A DNA stretch of 64,000 nucleotides from Octopus sinensis (Eukaryota): contig NC_043000.1 in the NCBI RefSeq assembly GCF_006345805.1, positions 43,400,001 through 43,464,000 of the forward strand, read 5' to 3'. Positions 1 through 13,165 of this stretch are shown here, piece after piece; position 1 is the first letter of the stretch, and each line of letters begins with the position of its first letter. The notes beneath the pieces are model-generated. The model saw nothing but the letters and a program-made list of their open reading frames with translations. It was not told the origin of the DNA and made no database searches. Made by a program: the position numbers and the translations under genes.

Positions 1-240
1 CTCTTGTTCTTTTTCTTCTACTTCTGCTTCTTCTTCTTCTTCTTCTTCTCTTTCATCATCATCGTCATCATCATCATCATCATCATCGTCGTCGTCGTCG
101 TCATCCTCTTCTCTTGTTCCTTTTTCTTCTTCTTCTGCTTCTTCTTTTTCTTCTGCTTCTTCTTTTCTTCTTCTTCTTCTTCTTCTCTTCTTCTTCTGCT
201 TCTTCTTCTTCTTCTTCTGCTTCTTCTTCTTCTCATCGTT
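1..240. repeat. Compound trinucleotide microsatellite (CTT)n/(CAT)n/(CGT)n
   Basis: Directly visible; it explains the homopolymeric ORFs 4..267 and 18..236. Confidence 0.97.
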
Positions 241-565
241 TTATTATTTAATTACATCCCTTTGTAGAGCTATAATTTACTGACAAGTCTGTATGATATG
301 ATATTGACTGATAGTATTTCGATTGGTTTTCTTTGGTTTAACCAAATCAACATTCTCTCTTGATGCATCATCTATTCAATAAATAATGAATTCACCTTTG
401 ATTATTTATACTGGTACCAAAAATTGTTAGAAGAAATGAAATGGACTGAATGAAAGAATCCTCAACAAAATTTGTTTGCGTGATGTCTCGTTGGCCTTTC
501 GAGACATGATTTAATGACCTTAGTGGGAACACTTGCATGTGCAAACTTTTTATATGAAGAGCCTT

Positions 566-590
566 AATATATATACTTACTGATATATAT

Positions 591-645
<55 letters not shown>

Positions 646-678
646 ACATATAAAAATATATATATGCATACATATGTA

Positions 679-722
<44 letters not shown>

Positions 723-747
723 CATATATACAAATATATATATACAT

Positions 748-820
<73 letters not shown>
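566..820. repeat. (TA)n/(CA)n compound microsatellite (representative of many similar tracts, e.g. 3805-4150, 5190-5500, 8970-9100, 9495-9730, 25380-25570, 36565-36750, 44850-45450, 48290-48520, 51520-51667, 54450-54590)
   Basis: Directly visible dinucleotide and tetranucleotide runs; source of the [12 protein letters not shown] ORFs. Confidence 0.97.
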
Positions 821-1469
821 GTTTTATATAGATCAATATTAAAAGGCCGTAGAGACCGACCTTTGAAAGTTGCATGCATGGAACATTGCCAAGTGATTTA
901 AAGACTATTAGATGCATGTACATAATATCTTAGACGATTGCCATTGCATTTCTTTGGTGTATCTCTATTTTAAGTACAACTCTGCACCCTTGAATTTTAC
1001 GAATCAATATTTACCTGGAAATATGATATGAAAGGTATTTAATTTGTATAGAATACATCGTATGAAGAATAGAAGTTTAACCTACTTCATATTTGTAATA
1101 TATTTTCCGTCTCGAAATCGGTGTTCACTGGTTCAGTTTAATTTCGATAAGAATGTGTACTACACTAGAATTTGAGATGATACAGATATTAAGCCCAAGA
1201 TAAAATCTTTAAAATTTTGTTATAATTTGTACTAAAATTTCAATTTCAGCTAATTCAGGATGTTTCCACACTTCATTCATTCTGTAATCCTACTTGCCTG
1301 AACACCCTCTGCTATGTGTGTATATGAGAAGTGGATCGTTTTTGTTGCTGTATCGTTCTAGCATGGATCAACCTGCGATTTTATGACTTGTGAAAGGATT
1401 AAGTAATCAGAAACTTAAGGCATCCCATCATATATGTATACATATATACAATATGTGTGTTGTGTGTGT

Positions 1470-1675
1470 GTTTCTGTAAGCGTTTATCACCACCACCGTC
1501 TTACAAACGGTGTTGGTTTGTTTAAGTCCTCGTAACCTAGCGGCTTGGCTAAAGAGACGACAAAAGAAGTACCAGGCTCTAAGACTAAATTAATGGAGTC
1601 GATTTCCTTGACTAAACCCTTCAAGGCGGTGTTCTAGCTTGGAAGCAGTGCAATGAGTGAACTAGTAAAATAAAT
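1470..1675 (+). mobile_element. Degenerate SINE 3' half (same family as 56680-57300 host SINE)
   Basis: acaaacggtgttggtttgttt...gtcgatttccttgactaa...aggcggtgttctagc resembles 56870-57290. Confidence 0.65.
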
Positions 1676-3036
1676 TTTAAAAAGAATTAAAATCAAACCG
1701 GTGCTATCTACGTGTCATCGTCATGCAACGCCCTCATACAATGTAAGTAGTAGTACCTGTAATCTATGGATGGGTATGTTTATCTGTGTGTCTGTAGTTT
1801 TGTGTAAGTGTGTGTTCGTATGTGTTTGAGTGATTATGTGAATAAATTTTTAGTCAACTGATCATGCGCTGACAAAACCTTTGTTGAAAGAAATCCGAGC
1901 GAGTAATTTGGTTGAAAATAAAGAACAGTTTTCTGTTTTATAAATGCGTGAAATTTAAAGGAAAACATCAATAAAATTAATTGATTAAAAGCGTTTATTC
2001 GATATAACTAATATCATAAGACATCATTTGAAATGAGTGATAGTTTAAGGAAAACCAAAATAAAGATGCAAATTGTATATTATTAGAGAAAAGATAATAT
2101 CTGACATAGTCACAAGAACAAACAAAACTAAACAAAAAAAGTATAAACGAAAAATACATCAGCAAGAAAATAAAATATAGGCACAAAAATAACCTAGATA
2201 AATACAGTTAAAAATTATTACATCCTATTTGTTGTCTAGCTTGTGTAATTTTGTTCGTCGGATTTTGCTAATGGGTTTTTATTCCTCTAAATTGAGGCAA
2301 ACACTGGATAATTTATTTCATCATATGCGCAAGCAGAAACGCGACAGATTTCTCTTTCTTTATAACTCATGTTATAAAATGATCTCTTTCTTTTGTTTCT
2401 TGATATCTCAATCAGAGTAGGTTTTACTCTCTGTCATCTTTCACTGACTTTGTTCTCTGCTTCGTTTCATTTAAGTCAAGTAGGAAAACGAACTATATAG
2501 AGGAGAACAGAATTTTATTAATATATTAATTCGAGGACACCTTGTCGCTAACACATTATAGTTCTAATACAAAGGAATAAATTGACGAAAGAAATTTATC
2601 ATTAGATGTCTTTATCTGAGGAACAAAATAATCTTATTTAGCAGAACAGCAATGGCAACAATAGAGGTATGAATTCATTGAAGGAGAACAGGCGCTATGT
2701 GCAGGAAAAAAACAGATAAAAAGGAATTAGTGGAGAAAGAATATTTGTGAGAATGTGTGAGAAAGAAAATAAATATGAAATAGCCTAATAAAACGAGAAT
2801 ATTTTATCAGAAAACAAGGACCATTAAATAAATATAAATCAACATATTATTTGTTAGTCAACGGATATTTTCGGGATTTAACTGAAATTCTAAATCTTAC
2901 ATAAATATATTTAACTCAGAATAGACATATGATATATCAAACAAGGAAAACACTAACAATAAAAATAGTGATTTCTCAATTTATTACAGCTAAAAATATA
3001 AAAATGATTTCATATCTTTATATACACAAATCTAAC

Positions 3037-3081
<45 letters not shown>

Positions 3082-3082
<1 letters not shown>

Positions 3083-3421
3083 AAGGCGCATGGCTCAGTG
3101 GTTAGAGCGTCGAGCTTACGATCGTGAGGTTGTGAGCTCGAATCCCGGACCGGGCTGCGTGTTGTGCTCTCGAGCAAGGCACTTTATTTCACGTTGCTCC
3201 AGTTCACTCAGCTGTAGAAATGAGTTGCGACGTCACTGGTGCCAAGCTGTATCGACCTTTGTCTTTCCCTTGGATAACACTGGTGGCGTGGAGAGGGGAG
3301 GCTGGTATGCATGGGCGACTGCTGGTCTTCCATAAACAACCTTGCCCGGACTTGTATCTAGGAAGGTAACTTTCTAGGTGCAATCCCATGGTCATTCATG
3401 ACCGAAGGGGGTCTTACTCTT

Positions 3422-3422
<1 letters not shown>
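3082..3422 (+). mobile_element. tRNA-derived CORE-type SINE, copy 1
   Basis: A box TGGCTCAGTGG, B-box-like GCTCGAATCCC, then CORE-like gtgttgtgctctcgagcaaggcacttt; flanked by (TA)n. Confidence 0.88.
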
Positions 3423-3457
<35 letters not shown>

Positions 3458-3463
3458 ATATGT

Positions 3464-3804
3464 GAAGGCGCATGGCTCAGTGGTTAGAGCGTCGAGCTTA
3501 CGATCGTGAGGTTGTGAGCTCGAATCCCGGACCGGGCTGCGTGTTGTGCTCTCGAGCAAGGCACTTTATTTCACGTTGCTCCAGTTCACTCAGCTGTAGA
3601 AATGAGTTGCGACGTCACTGGTGCCAAGCTGTATCGACCTTTGTCTTTCCTTGGATAACACTGGTGGCGTGGAGAGGGGAGGCTGGTATGCATGGGCGAC
3701 TGCTGGTCTTCCATAAACAACCTTGCCCGGACTTGTATCTAGGAAGGTAACTTTCTAGGTGCAATCCCATGGTCATTCATGACCGAAGGGGGTCTTTACT
3801 CTTT
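3464..3804 (+). mobile_element. tRNA-derived CORE-type SINE, copy 2 (near-identical tandem duplicate)
   Basis: Identical to 3082-3422 except for single-base indels (tttcccttgg vs tttccttgg; gtcttac vs gtctttac). Confidence 0.88.
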
Positions 3805-3819
3805 ATATATATATATATG

Positions 3820-3851
<32 letters not shown>

Positions 3852-4057
3852 AAGGATATATGTATATATATGTATGTATATATATATATATAATATATGT
3901 ATATATATATGTATAATATATATATGTATATATATGTATATATATATATGTATATATATACATATATATGTATATATATATATGTATACATACAATATAT
4001 ATATGTATACATATGTATATATATATTTATATATTTGTATACATATGTATATATATG

Positions 4058-4106
<49 letters not shown>

Positions 4107-5291
4107 TATATATATATATATATTATAGAGAGAGAGAGAGAGAAGAAAGAGAGACAGAGAGATAGTAAGTGTGTGTGTGTGATAGAAACATCCATTGAAT
4201 ATTCAGAAAAATATGTGTTGTTGAAATATTTGGGTTCTAATAAACGTTTCTCGGGATGCTACTCAATTTCTCTATTTTTAGTTATTTATAACGAAAATCT
4301 AAAACTAAGTTTAATGTCCATGAATATTTTTCCTTATTTGATTTCAATGTGAGCTAAGACTTGTAAAAATATGGACATTTTAAATAATTAAGTATTATTT
4401 TTTATCACAGTGTATATTCAGCTTGTGATGTCAATCCATTATTAACGTATCGTCTGTAAATCCCAGGTTTATATAACTGTAGTTGATGGCGTGAAAACAT
4501 AAAGTTTAGGAACTGAACAATAATCATATTAGTTTTGTAAGAAAGGAAAGATCTCGACGAGAAAAGGAGAAATAATTCAACTGGAGCTATTTTAGATGAA
4601 GCTGAAGCATGACTCTTTTAATACAGAATGTATAAATTCAACGCTCTAAAGACAAACTACTCCAGCGATTTGTGGAATAATGGCACCTTTCAAAATTAAA
4701 CTCTTGAAACATACACATAAAATTATCTAATGACAAATGTCGATAATACCGTTAACAGCATCATTCAGATAAAACTCTCTGCTATAGTAGAATAGTTGAA
4801 TAGTAGAATTAAGAACGATAAATAACAGATATAGTTCAGCTTCTTATTCAATACTATGAGTGTGTGTGTGTATTTATGTACATATATATGTACATATATA
4901 TATGTATATATACGTGCATATATGTATTTATGTACATATGTATATGTACATATATAAGTAAGAATGGAAGTATTTATGTATCTACGTATATATATATATA
5001 TACATACACACACACATAGAATACCAATCAGTGCAAAATACAAATATAATTTATAATGATTGCTTCTGGTACTTCAGGAAGTTAAGAATAATATTTAGAG
5101 AAGATAATGTATAAATTATATTCGGAAAGAAGGTAAGAAGGAAATAAATAAATATATATCTATACATTTATAGATTGTTTTGTACATATACAAACATCTA
5201 CCTACTATTGTATATGTGTATATACATAAATATGTATGTGAATATGTATGTGTGCGCGGGTATATATATATATATATATGCAAATGTACCC

Positions 5292-5347
<56 letters not shown>

Positions 5348-5403
5348 ATGCATATATATCCCTGTTTATATGTGTGTTTATACATATATTTATCTCATAT
5401 ATA

Positions 5404-5443
<40 letters not shown>

Positions 5444-5749
5444 GTATATATACATACATACATATAGGTGTGTGCGTGTGTGTAGATACAGATGTGCACA
5501 TATAGTCGTGTTAGATGTATAAAATAAATGAAGTAAAATAATTGTTTCTTGTGATAAGTAAACTGATGATATGATTTGTTAAAATTCGTGTATGCTTTGT
5601 TTGTTTTTATGTGCAGTAAGGATATTAAATAAAGTTTTGGGAAAGGATTATAGAAGAAAACAAATTCATGTCAGACAAAAATCTTATCATACGTGTATAT
5701 AGAAAAAAGTATCTAGCGAAAACGATTCTGTAGGAGAAATTTTGCAAGT

Positions 5750-6462
5750 CAACGCACCTTCTACCACTCTAAAGTTAACCAACTTCTAGAGATGAGCCTG
5801 AACCTAGAATGTAACTCCCACCATTTGAAGGGCAGGAATCGAGCGAAAAATAAAAATAATCAGCAACGACAAGAGTGCAACAACAGCAACAAAAACAAAA
5901 TGCTGCCACATTTCACCTCCTACTACCAAAGGAAGAAAGAACTATAAGAAAATCATAACACCAAATAACATAACCATGAACAATGTATAATCTGACCAAT
6001 TGGCAAACCAAAGAGGTAACTCTTTTTCACCTCCTTACCTAGAAAATATGAAGACCGACCTAAGCCGGGAGATCCAACAAGGTATCAGCAGTCGTATATG
6101 CAAAGTACAAGGAACACACTCGCACGATCAACTATAACATCACTCCACACACACAGCTCCATACAAAAACTACCCTCATTGCTACCTCTGAACAATACAA
6201 GCCCTTAGAACAATACAAATAACAAATTATCCTTGCTACGACATTCCTGCTAAATATACGTGGCTCATTGCTCCATCATTCACTGCCCCAAAATGGAAGA
6301 TCCTATACATAGAAAGTTGACTTGCCGAAACGGCACATTGCATCACTTTCTTTATCCTTAATGAAACTCATCTAAACAGCGCTCACATGGATGCCGAGGT
6401 GAAAAAAAAAAGTTTCACCATCATCGGAGCAGATCGTGCAGACCTAAATAAAGGAGGAACAG
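5750..6462 (+). mobile_element. Decayed LINE fragment including N-terminus of the APE endonuclease
   Basis: About 6240-6462 translates with frameshifts to FLLNIRG...FFILNETHLNSAHMDAEV..FTIIGADRADLNKGGTV, matching APE motifs NxRG, ETHL and R.DR...GG.V. The upstream boundary is approximate. Confidence 0.7.
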
Positions 6463-7080
6463 TTAAGACAGTTCACCGTTCGGAAATTTCTAGAGTCGCT
6501 TCGCCGTTAGTATTTATGTTTTCGTCATTCAAATAATTGGATGATTTAGCGATTCGCTAACCTGTATATATATAAAATTAATATGAACAGCAGTTTGCAA
6601 TGTTTCACCAAAAAGGAGAATTATAAATGTTATTAGGGTCTTAGGAAACACCTACATTGCTAGAAATAAGAGCTAAACCTCTATAAAGCTGTAGTTAACG
6701 CACATGAATAAAAACATATACACTGACAGGGACAATAATCATCCGAAAAGTGTCGATCCAGAATTTTCGATACTGATGCGTCAGATTCGACAATTACCGT
6801 TGCTAATTCGCTAAATCCTCCAATTATTTGGGTGACGAAAATATAAATACTAATGGCGAAGCGAGTCGAGAAAGAGGCGAGCGATCAAGCTGTCTTAATT
6901 GATGAGTCAACTGAAATTGCCGAAACTGAAACGTCCGTATTAAGAATTCTCGATCGACACTTTTCGGACAATTATGTTCCATGATAGTGTATATGTTTTC
7001 ATTCATGTGCACCAACTACAGGATTAGAGCGCTTGAGTTCTAATTTCTAACAATGTAGGTGATGCTTACCACCCTAGTCA
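6462..7080. repeat. Interleaved diverged inverted repeats (A ... B' A' B)
   Basis: 6462-6560 is the reverse complement of about 6800-6899; about 6630-6797 is the reverse complement of about 6915-7080. Confidence 0.8.
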
Positions 7081-7544
7081 CATTTAGTGACACACACACA
7101 TAATGAAGCACACACACTCTCTCTCTTTCACAGCCACACGCACACAAACGGACATATATGTAGAAACGTGTAAACATACATGAATCTCAAACACACAAAG
7201 ACTCATAAACAGGACAACGGTACGAGTAAATTTACTATTAAAAATAGAAATGGGTGGGGAGGGAAATTTTATCTACTCATAATGTACGTGAATATAATTT
7301 ACGTAACATATTATATTGATTATAATAATAATAATCAATAATATCAGCATTAATACGAATTGTTTAAAATTTTGGTGTAAAACCACCAATTTTAGTGAAA
7401 AGAGACAGTCGACTACCTCGACCCAAGTGTTCAAAAGTTACTTAATTCAGCAACCTGAAATTGATTAAAACCAGATAAAATACAGTTGAGCATTATTTTC
7501 AGTAAGGTAACGATTCAGCAAACTCAACGTCTTCATAAGAATAA

Positions 7545-7712
7545 TGGCTTCAAATTTTTGGCGAAAGGCCAGCGATTTCTGGATGTGAGTGAGTCGACTG
7601 AATCGTCCCCATTGTTCGAATCTTACTTATATTATCGGCTCCAAAAGGATGAAAGGAAAGGTCAACCTCGGCGGAATTTGAACTCAGAACGTAAAGACAG
7701 ACGAAATGCCGT
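7545..7712 (-). mobile_element. Meta-type tRNA SINE relic
   Basis: Reverse complement reads gagttcaaattccgccgaggttgacctttcctttcatccttttgg (B box plus Meta-domain-like sequence); homologous to 27030-27215. Confidence 0.75.
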
Positions 7713-8966
7713 TGCGAATAAACTTTTCGAAAAATTAGATATTTCATGTTCTCATGAAGTTTATAAATTCTTACGCCATCAAAAGTAAGTATGTATATAT
7801 ATGTATTCATATATATTTGGATAGATAAACATGCACACTCTCGTGTACATTTATACAGATATGCAGAGATATGAGAAGATAAATCATTAATACCTGCGAT
7901 TCCTTTTATACAAATATAATTTGCTCATGATGTGTTAGAGGACTCATTCTATATTTGATATCAAATAAAATAAGAAACAAATCTGAAGGATGTTGCATTG
8001 TATTCATCATCTTTTATAATGATGTGATTCCAATATCCTCATGGTGTGTTAATGATATATCATAGATATTTTAAAACCGATCCGTACACGAAAAGAAGTT
8101 GATTTTAGATCCAATAGAGTTTAATTGAATCAGACTGAGAAAAAGAAAAATCAATCATCGTCAGTTGCCAAAAAACTGACTGGCGTGATTCTTTAAAATT
8201 ATTTGCTGACATAATTGCGTTCAAAAGTATATTATGATTTTGGCATCGGGTAATATTTTTATATTTTATATTATGATATCAAAAAGTCAATAGATGAGGC
8301 AGTAGAGTACCAAATAAAAAGCGAGATGTATTGAAGTTCAGCATAAAGGAGCAATGCTTTATATTTACGGTCGAAGAAATAATTTCTGATATGAAATTCA
8401 TATATTTAAAGAAAAGGTCCTCAGTTGCACGGAAAGCCTCGTCAGCAGAGACAAATTCCCATGTCTTTTGCTAAGTTGTATTTTTTATAAATAACAACGT
8501 GTTTCTTTGCATTATTTCTACTCTCACGTTTTCTCCTTTTCAGAATTTATCTAATTTAAAATCTCTTTTGCATATACCAATATACCATTTCTTTCGAGTT
8601 TCGGTATTGTTTAGAATGGAAGTGACGCTAGAAAAGATATACCATAAACCAATCTTCTCTCCGACAGATATATAAGAACATCTTACGTTGTCTATCCATA
8701 TCTGGAACCTGAAGGCGAACAATATTCCACACATCATCAAGTGGGGCACCGTGCGGTGATCAGCGCAATACGTCAAGACGCTATAGATTTTGTATAGCGG
8801 AAAGATCTCATGTCCTTCTTAGATCTGAGAACTCTACCGATAGAATAAATACAGTATGATAAAAAATATGTACTTGCGTCAGTTCAGTCGACTAAAATGT
8901 CTAGGTGGTGGCCCAGGTTTGCCGCAGTTTAATAAGTGTGACAAGTAGAATATAGAATAATAAAAA

Positions 8967-9071
<105 letters not shown>

Positions 9072-9499
9072 GTGTGTGTGTGTGTGTGCATATTATATAT
9101 ATGCCAAGCCAAACCAAGGTGATTGGGCGAAGGAACTGTTTAATGGACAGCTAACGCGATATATCTCTACCGAAGGATGCGCTACAGCCACTTGTCCAGA
9201 ATCTCATATGTGATGAACCGATTCAAGTTGGGCCGACACGATCGTTGTAATTAATAAAAAATCTCGTGTATTTTATTTTCTCTTCCGTTGGATGTTAGAG
9301 GTACGCTCACTTTCTCGCAATTTATCGAATACATTTTTGTGTCGTTAACCACCTGGCGGAGGAGTCTTCAGGAGTTTAAACAGATTAGTAACATGGTTCG
9401 TACGGAACAGCCATGGTGAAATGGCAACAGACATAGACATTACTTTCAGTAGAGTTACAACTTGCATCTCTAATAGGTATTTTAGAACTGTGCTTGTTA

Positions 9500-9537
<38 letters not shown>

Positions 9538-9593
9538 TATATATATGCACCTACATATGCATATATGTGTGTGTATATACATACTAATGCAGA

Positions 9594-9677
<84 letters not shown>

Positions 9678-12214
9678 GGTGTGTGGTGTGTGTGTGTGTA
9701 TATATATATATATAAAGAGAGAGAGAGAGAGATGCGTGTCTATAGGAAACATATAAGCTTATAAAAAGAAAAAGAAAGGTACTTAATCACTCTGCTCATT
9801 ATACTGAAGTGGAGGTTGAGGAAGATGATTAATGACGGTAATGAACGACGAGTATGAAGATGACAATGGCGGTGATGTTCGTCTCGATCATTATATTGAT
9901 GATAAGTCTCAGTACAATTTGGCTGATGAGGATAATAATGAAGAACCTATTCATTTGATCATGATGATATAACGAGAATTGTGATTATGATAATTATGAT
10001 CCTGAATCAAGACCTCTATATTTGCTATGTTGGCATTCCATGATTTTATGTAAACAGAAACAACTATCTAGAACCTCAAAAAATATATAAAACGCATAGT
10101 TAAATGAGATGGATATGCAAACCAATCTTACTAACTTTAAAATGGACATTAAAACTATGTCTTGTAATTTGATATGCACAGTGTCAGAAAGTCATTGACA
10201 TAACGGATATCACTTACAGGAAACATAATTGAAACGAATTATTTGTTATTTTTATTTATATAGAATTAGATTTGTTTTTATCTATATATAATTTTATTTT
10301 CATCTTATTATCCTATATTCTCGTTTTCATTCTATGTGTATGTGTGTATGCATGTATATGTGTGTGTTTGTTCTCGTAACCGTCTTTATTTCTTCGTAAA
10401 TATCTCTTACACTCACTCTTTATATCTGCTTGTATTGGCTTTTATAAACGTTGCTGAGTATAGTTTTATTCGTTAAGTAATAAGATCGTTGAAATGTCAG
10501 ACTTGTCCACTCAGTACTTTTGTTTATGTACGTTAAGGATCCAAAACCAGACCACAGTTGCCTTTCATCTCTCTGGGGTTGATGAATAAAAAACAAAATA
10601 AAACAAACAAAACAAAAACCGCTCACGTATTCAGGTGACATACTCAACTAATACACATCTAATTACGATCATTTTGTCAGCAATAAGATAAAGTAAATTA
10701 GGGGAAATTTTTAAAAATTATTATTTATTAATTCATAAAGTTTTGTTTCAGTTGGCTATTCCGATAATTTTACTTTGAGAAAAAGCTCCTATTTTTCTGT
10801 CGACTTGCATGACATAACAGCTTAAAAGGAGATGTCTCTGAAATGAAACCCCAATATCACGTACAAGCACGAATACATTAAATAAGGTAGCATTAATAAC
10901 TTGTAAAGACAGATGTTCTTTACGAATCAAAATGAGCTGCGAACAAAGTAACAACATCAGTCAATAGGATTATAGCCACCGCTGCAATTGGTACTACCAC
11001 CTTCACCAGACACTCCTCAGTCACGAACAACAGAAGCACGACTGGGAATTTCTCCTCGAACACTACGTAATTGTCAACAAAAAGTGTAAAATGTCTTTCT
11101 ACCACTCGTAGCCATTGAAGAAGGTCGACGCAAAAACAAAAGTTTATTTCTCGTCGCTTGACCTGCTAGGAATAACACCCATATATTATCCAAAGTATGC
11201 CACTTCCAACATAAAAATATAAAATGGTTAGTAGGAGAGTAAAATATTATTAAACACAACGCTTTCACTCACTGTCATATATGGTTATTAACACTGAAGT
11301 AGCATTTACAACCATCCGACACAACACTTCCAGTACAATTTCTGACTAGGAAACGGAAAGCAAAGAAAATTAACTACTTGAGAGACTCCTCTCAAGAGAA
11401 TAAGGGCATAAGCTGATACCAGAATTCTACATGTCGCATTTACTCTGAAAGCTAGCCTATACAACTACATCACTAAAATATTTTAGGTAGGTGCCAAACT
11501 ACAAAATCGGAATGTCAAATGTCATAATTTTTTTCCAAGGTACCGGAAGCGGTAGTAACGATACAAAAATCATTAGTCACACACTTATCGATTAAAACCC
11601 TTTTCTAGATAAAAATTTAGTTTATGACTTTTCTCACAGGTTAATGAGACTTGTTACTGGTGCCATGCAAACCAGTACTGTCTTCTTCATGGCTGGGTGG
11701 TCGGCCAATAAACTGGCTACTTCACTTAAGTAGTTTGCTTTTCCTCGTGCGGAGGGTGTCTGTCAAAGGGCAAATAAGCTCCCTGTGGGTTAACTGCCAT
11801 TCAATTGGGGAAGGCAATAGCAAACCAATGTATCAGGCAAGTAAACACTATGGGGTAAGTCAGAATGTTATGGCTTGATCCGATGGGAGGCTACGCATTT
11901 AATCAGGAATACTTTCGTTCTAATGCCATCAACGTACTGCAAAAGCGTACGATACATGATGATGACAAAGACGATCTAAATAAGATACTAATTATGCCAC
12001 AGGTTCTAGACCCAATTTATCATGATAGGTTTGTTTTCAAGCATACATTAAAATATTTTCTTTAATGTGGTAATTGGTGACACTATATAGCTCAAGTGTG
12101 TATACAACTATTAATGTAATACGAAAAATTGTGCCTGTACATCAATATGAAGCAGTATAAGGAATGACTTAGTCTCGGTAAACAAGCGACACCGCGTGTG
12201 AATTAAGATCTTTA

Positions 12215-12742
12215 TCCGCGTAAAACGATGTTGTGCGTATAGTGGGACTGGGAAGGGATTCTCCATTACGAATTGGTTGAACGGAACCAAACGGTCAACG
12301 CGGAAATACTATGTTCAACAGATGGAACGACTCAACACGGCTATTACAGATTCAAGAGAAAAGATCTAATCGGGAGCATGGAATTCTTCTGCTGCACGAC
12401 AACTCACTCCCTCATATCGCCAATATAACCAAGGAAGCCATTGAAACTCATGGCTGGGAAGTGCTACCACACCCGCCGTACTCTCCGAATTTGGCACGAA
12501 CGGATTTCCACCTCTTACGATCTCTTTCAAATGCTATGCGTGGAGTTTCGTTGAATACTGATGCAGAATTGAGAGCTTGGTTTGATCAATTTTTCGAGCG
12601 AAAAATCTTGTTGATCGTTGGTAAGGAGCTGTAAAAAACAAGAGTGAATACATCATTGATTAATTATTTGTTATTTTTTAATAAACCTTTTAAAATAATT
12701 CAATTTAAAAAAAAACGCGGGAACCTAGTTCCCAACCCAATA
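12215..12742 (+). mobile_element. Mariner (DD34D) transposon 3' relic with right TIR
   Basis: WDWEGILHYEL...LLLHDNSLPH...GWEVLPHPPYSPNLARTDFHLLRSL matches mariner HDNARPH and PPYSPDLAPSDFHLF motifs; ends ...aaacgcgggaacctagttcccaacccaaTA. Confidence 0.92.
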
Positions 12743-12924
12743 TTAAAAACTAACGAAGACTCTCCAAATTCAATCTATTAGTGGCACTGTAAAAATTTGT
12801 AAGGCATTCTAAAAAATTTCCATCTGAGATTTTTATGTGAATAAGTGTGAATAGATGCACGCACTTGCATGTACGCTTCGACCGTTGAACCAACATATCA
12901 ATTCAACCACATATTTACAAACAC

Positions 12925-13165
12925 CGGGAACCATCGATTGGAGCGTTGTGTTCTTGAGGGAAACACTGTACCTCACGTGGCTTCGCGATCGCCTCGACAC
13001 ATGACGCGTAGCCCACTGTCCACCAGCTAAGGTAACGTCGATTTGATATCGGTGGTACGGTAATGTACAGCACTAAACATTGATCTATCTAAAGAAATAT
13101 TGTGTGCAAGTCGTTTGGTAAAAAAGCTGAACACTCATATGTCCTCTTCGACGGGAGAGTCCACT
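12925..13165 (+). mobile_element. Decayed CORE-type SINE
   Basis: gcgttgtgttcttgagggaaacact core-like segment; body similar to 24713-24975. Confidence 0.55.

Noticed and set aside
3085-3156. Possible tRNA genes (also 3467-3538 and 57110-57185)
   Set aside because: No proper acceptor stem, and they continue into SINE bodies, so they are SINE heads.
6893-6945. Hammerhead-like tTGATGA...GAAA...TC
   Set aside because: Stem I is not contiguous with the core, and the homologous inverted copy lacks the motif; likely chance.
10900-11180. GC-richer block that looks exon-like
   Set aside because: No frame with convincing splice sites or recognisable product.
11690-11965. RTE-like relic with TCCTCG (HDV-like L3 motif)
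   Set aside because: P1, P2 and P3 could not be mapped and the catalytic C is absent; family assignment is uncertain.
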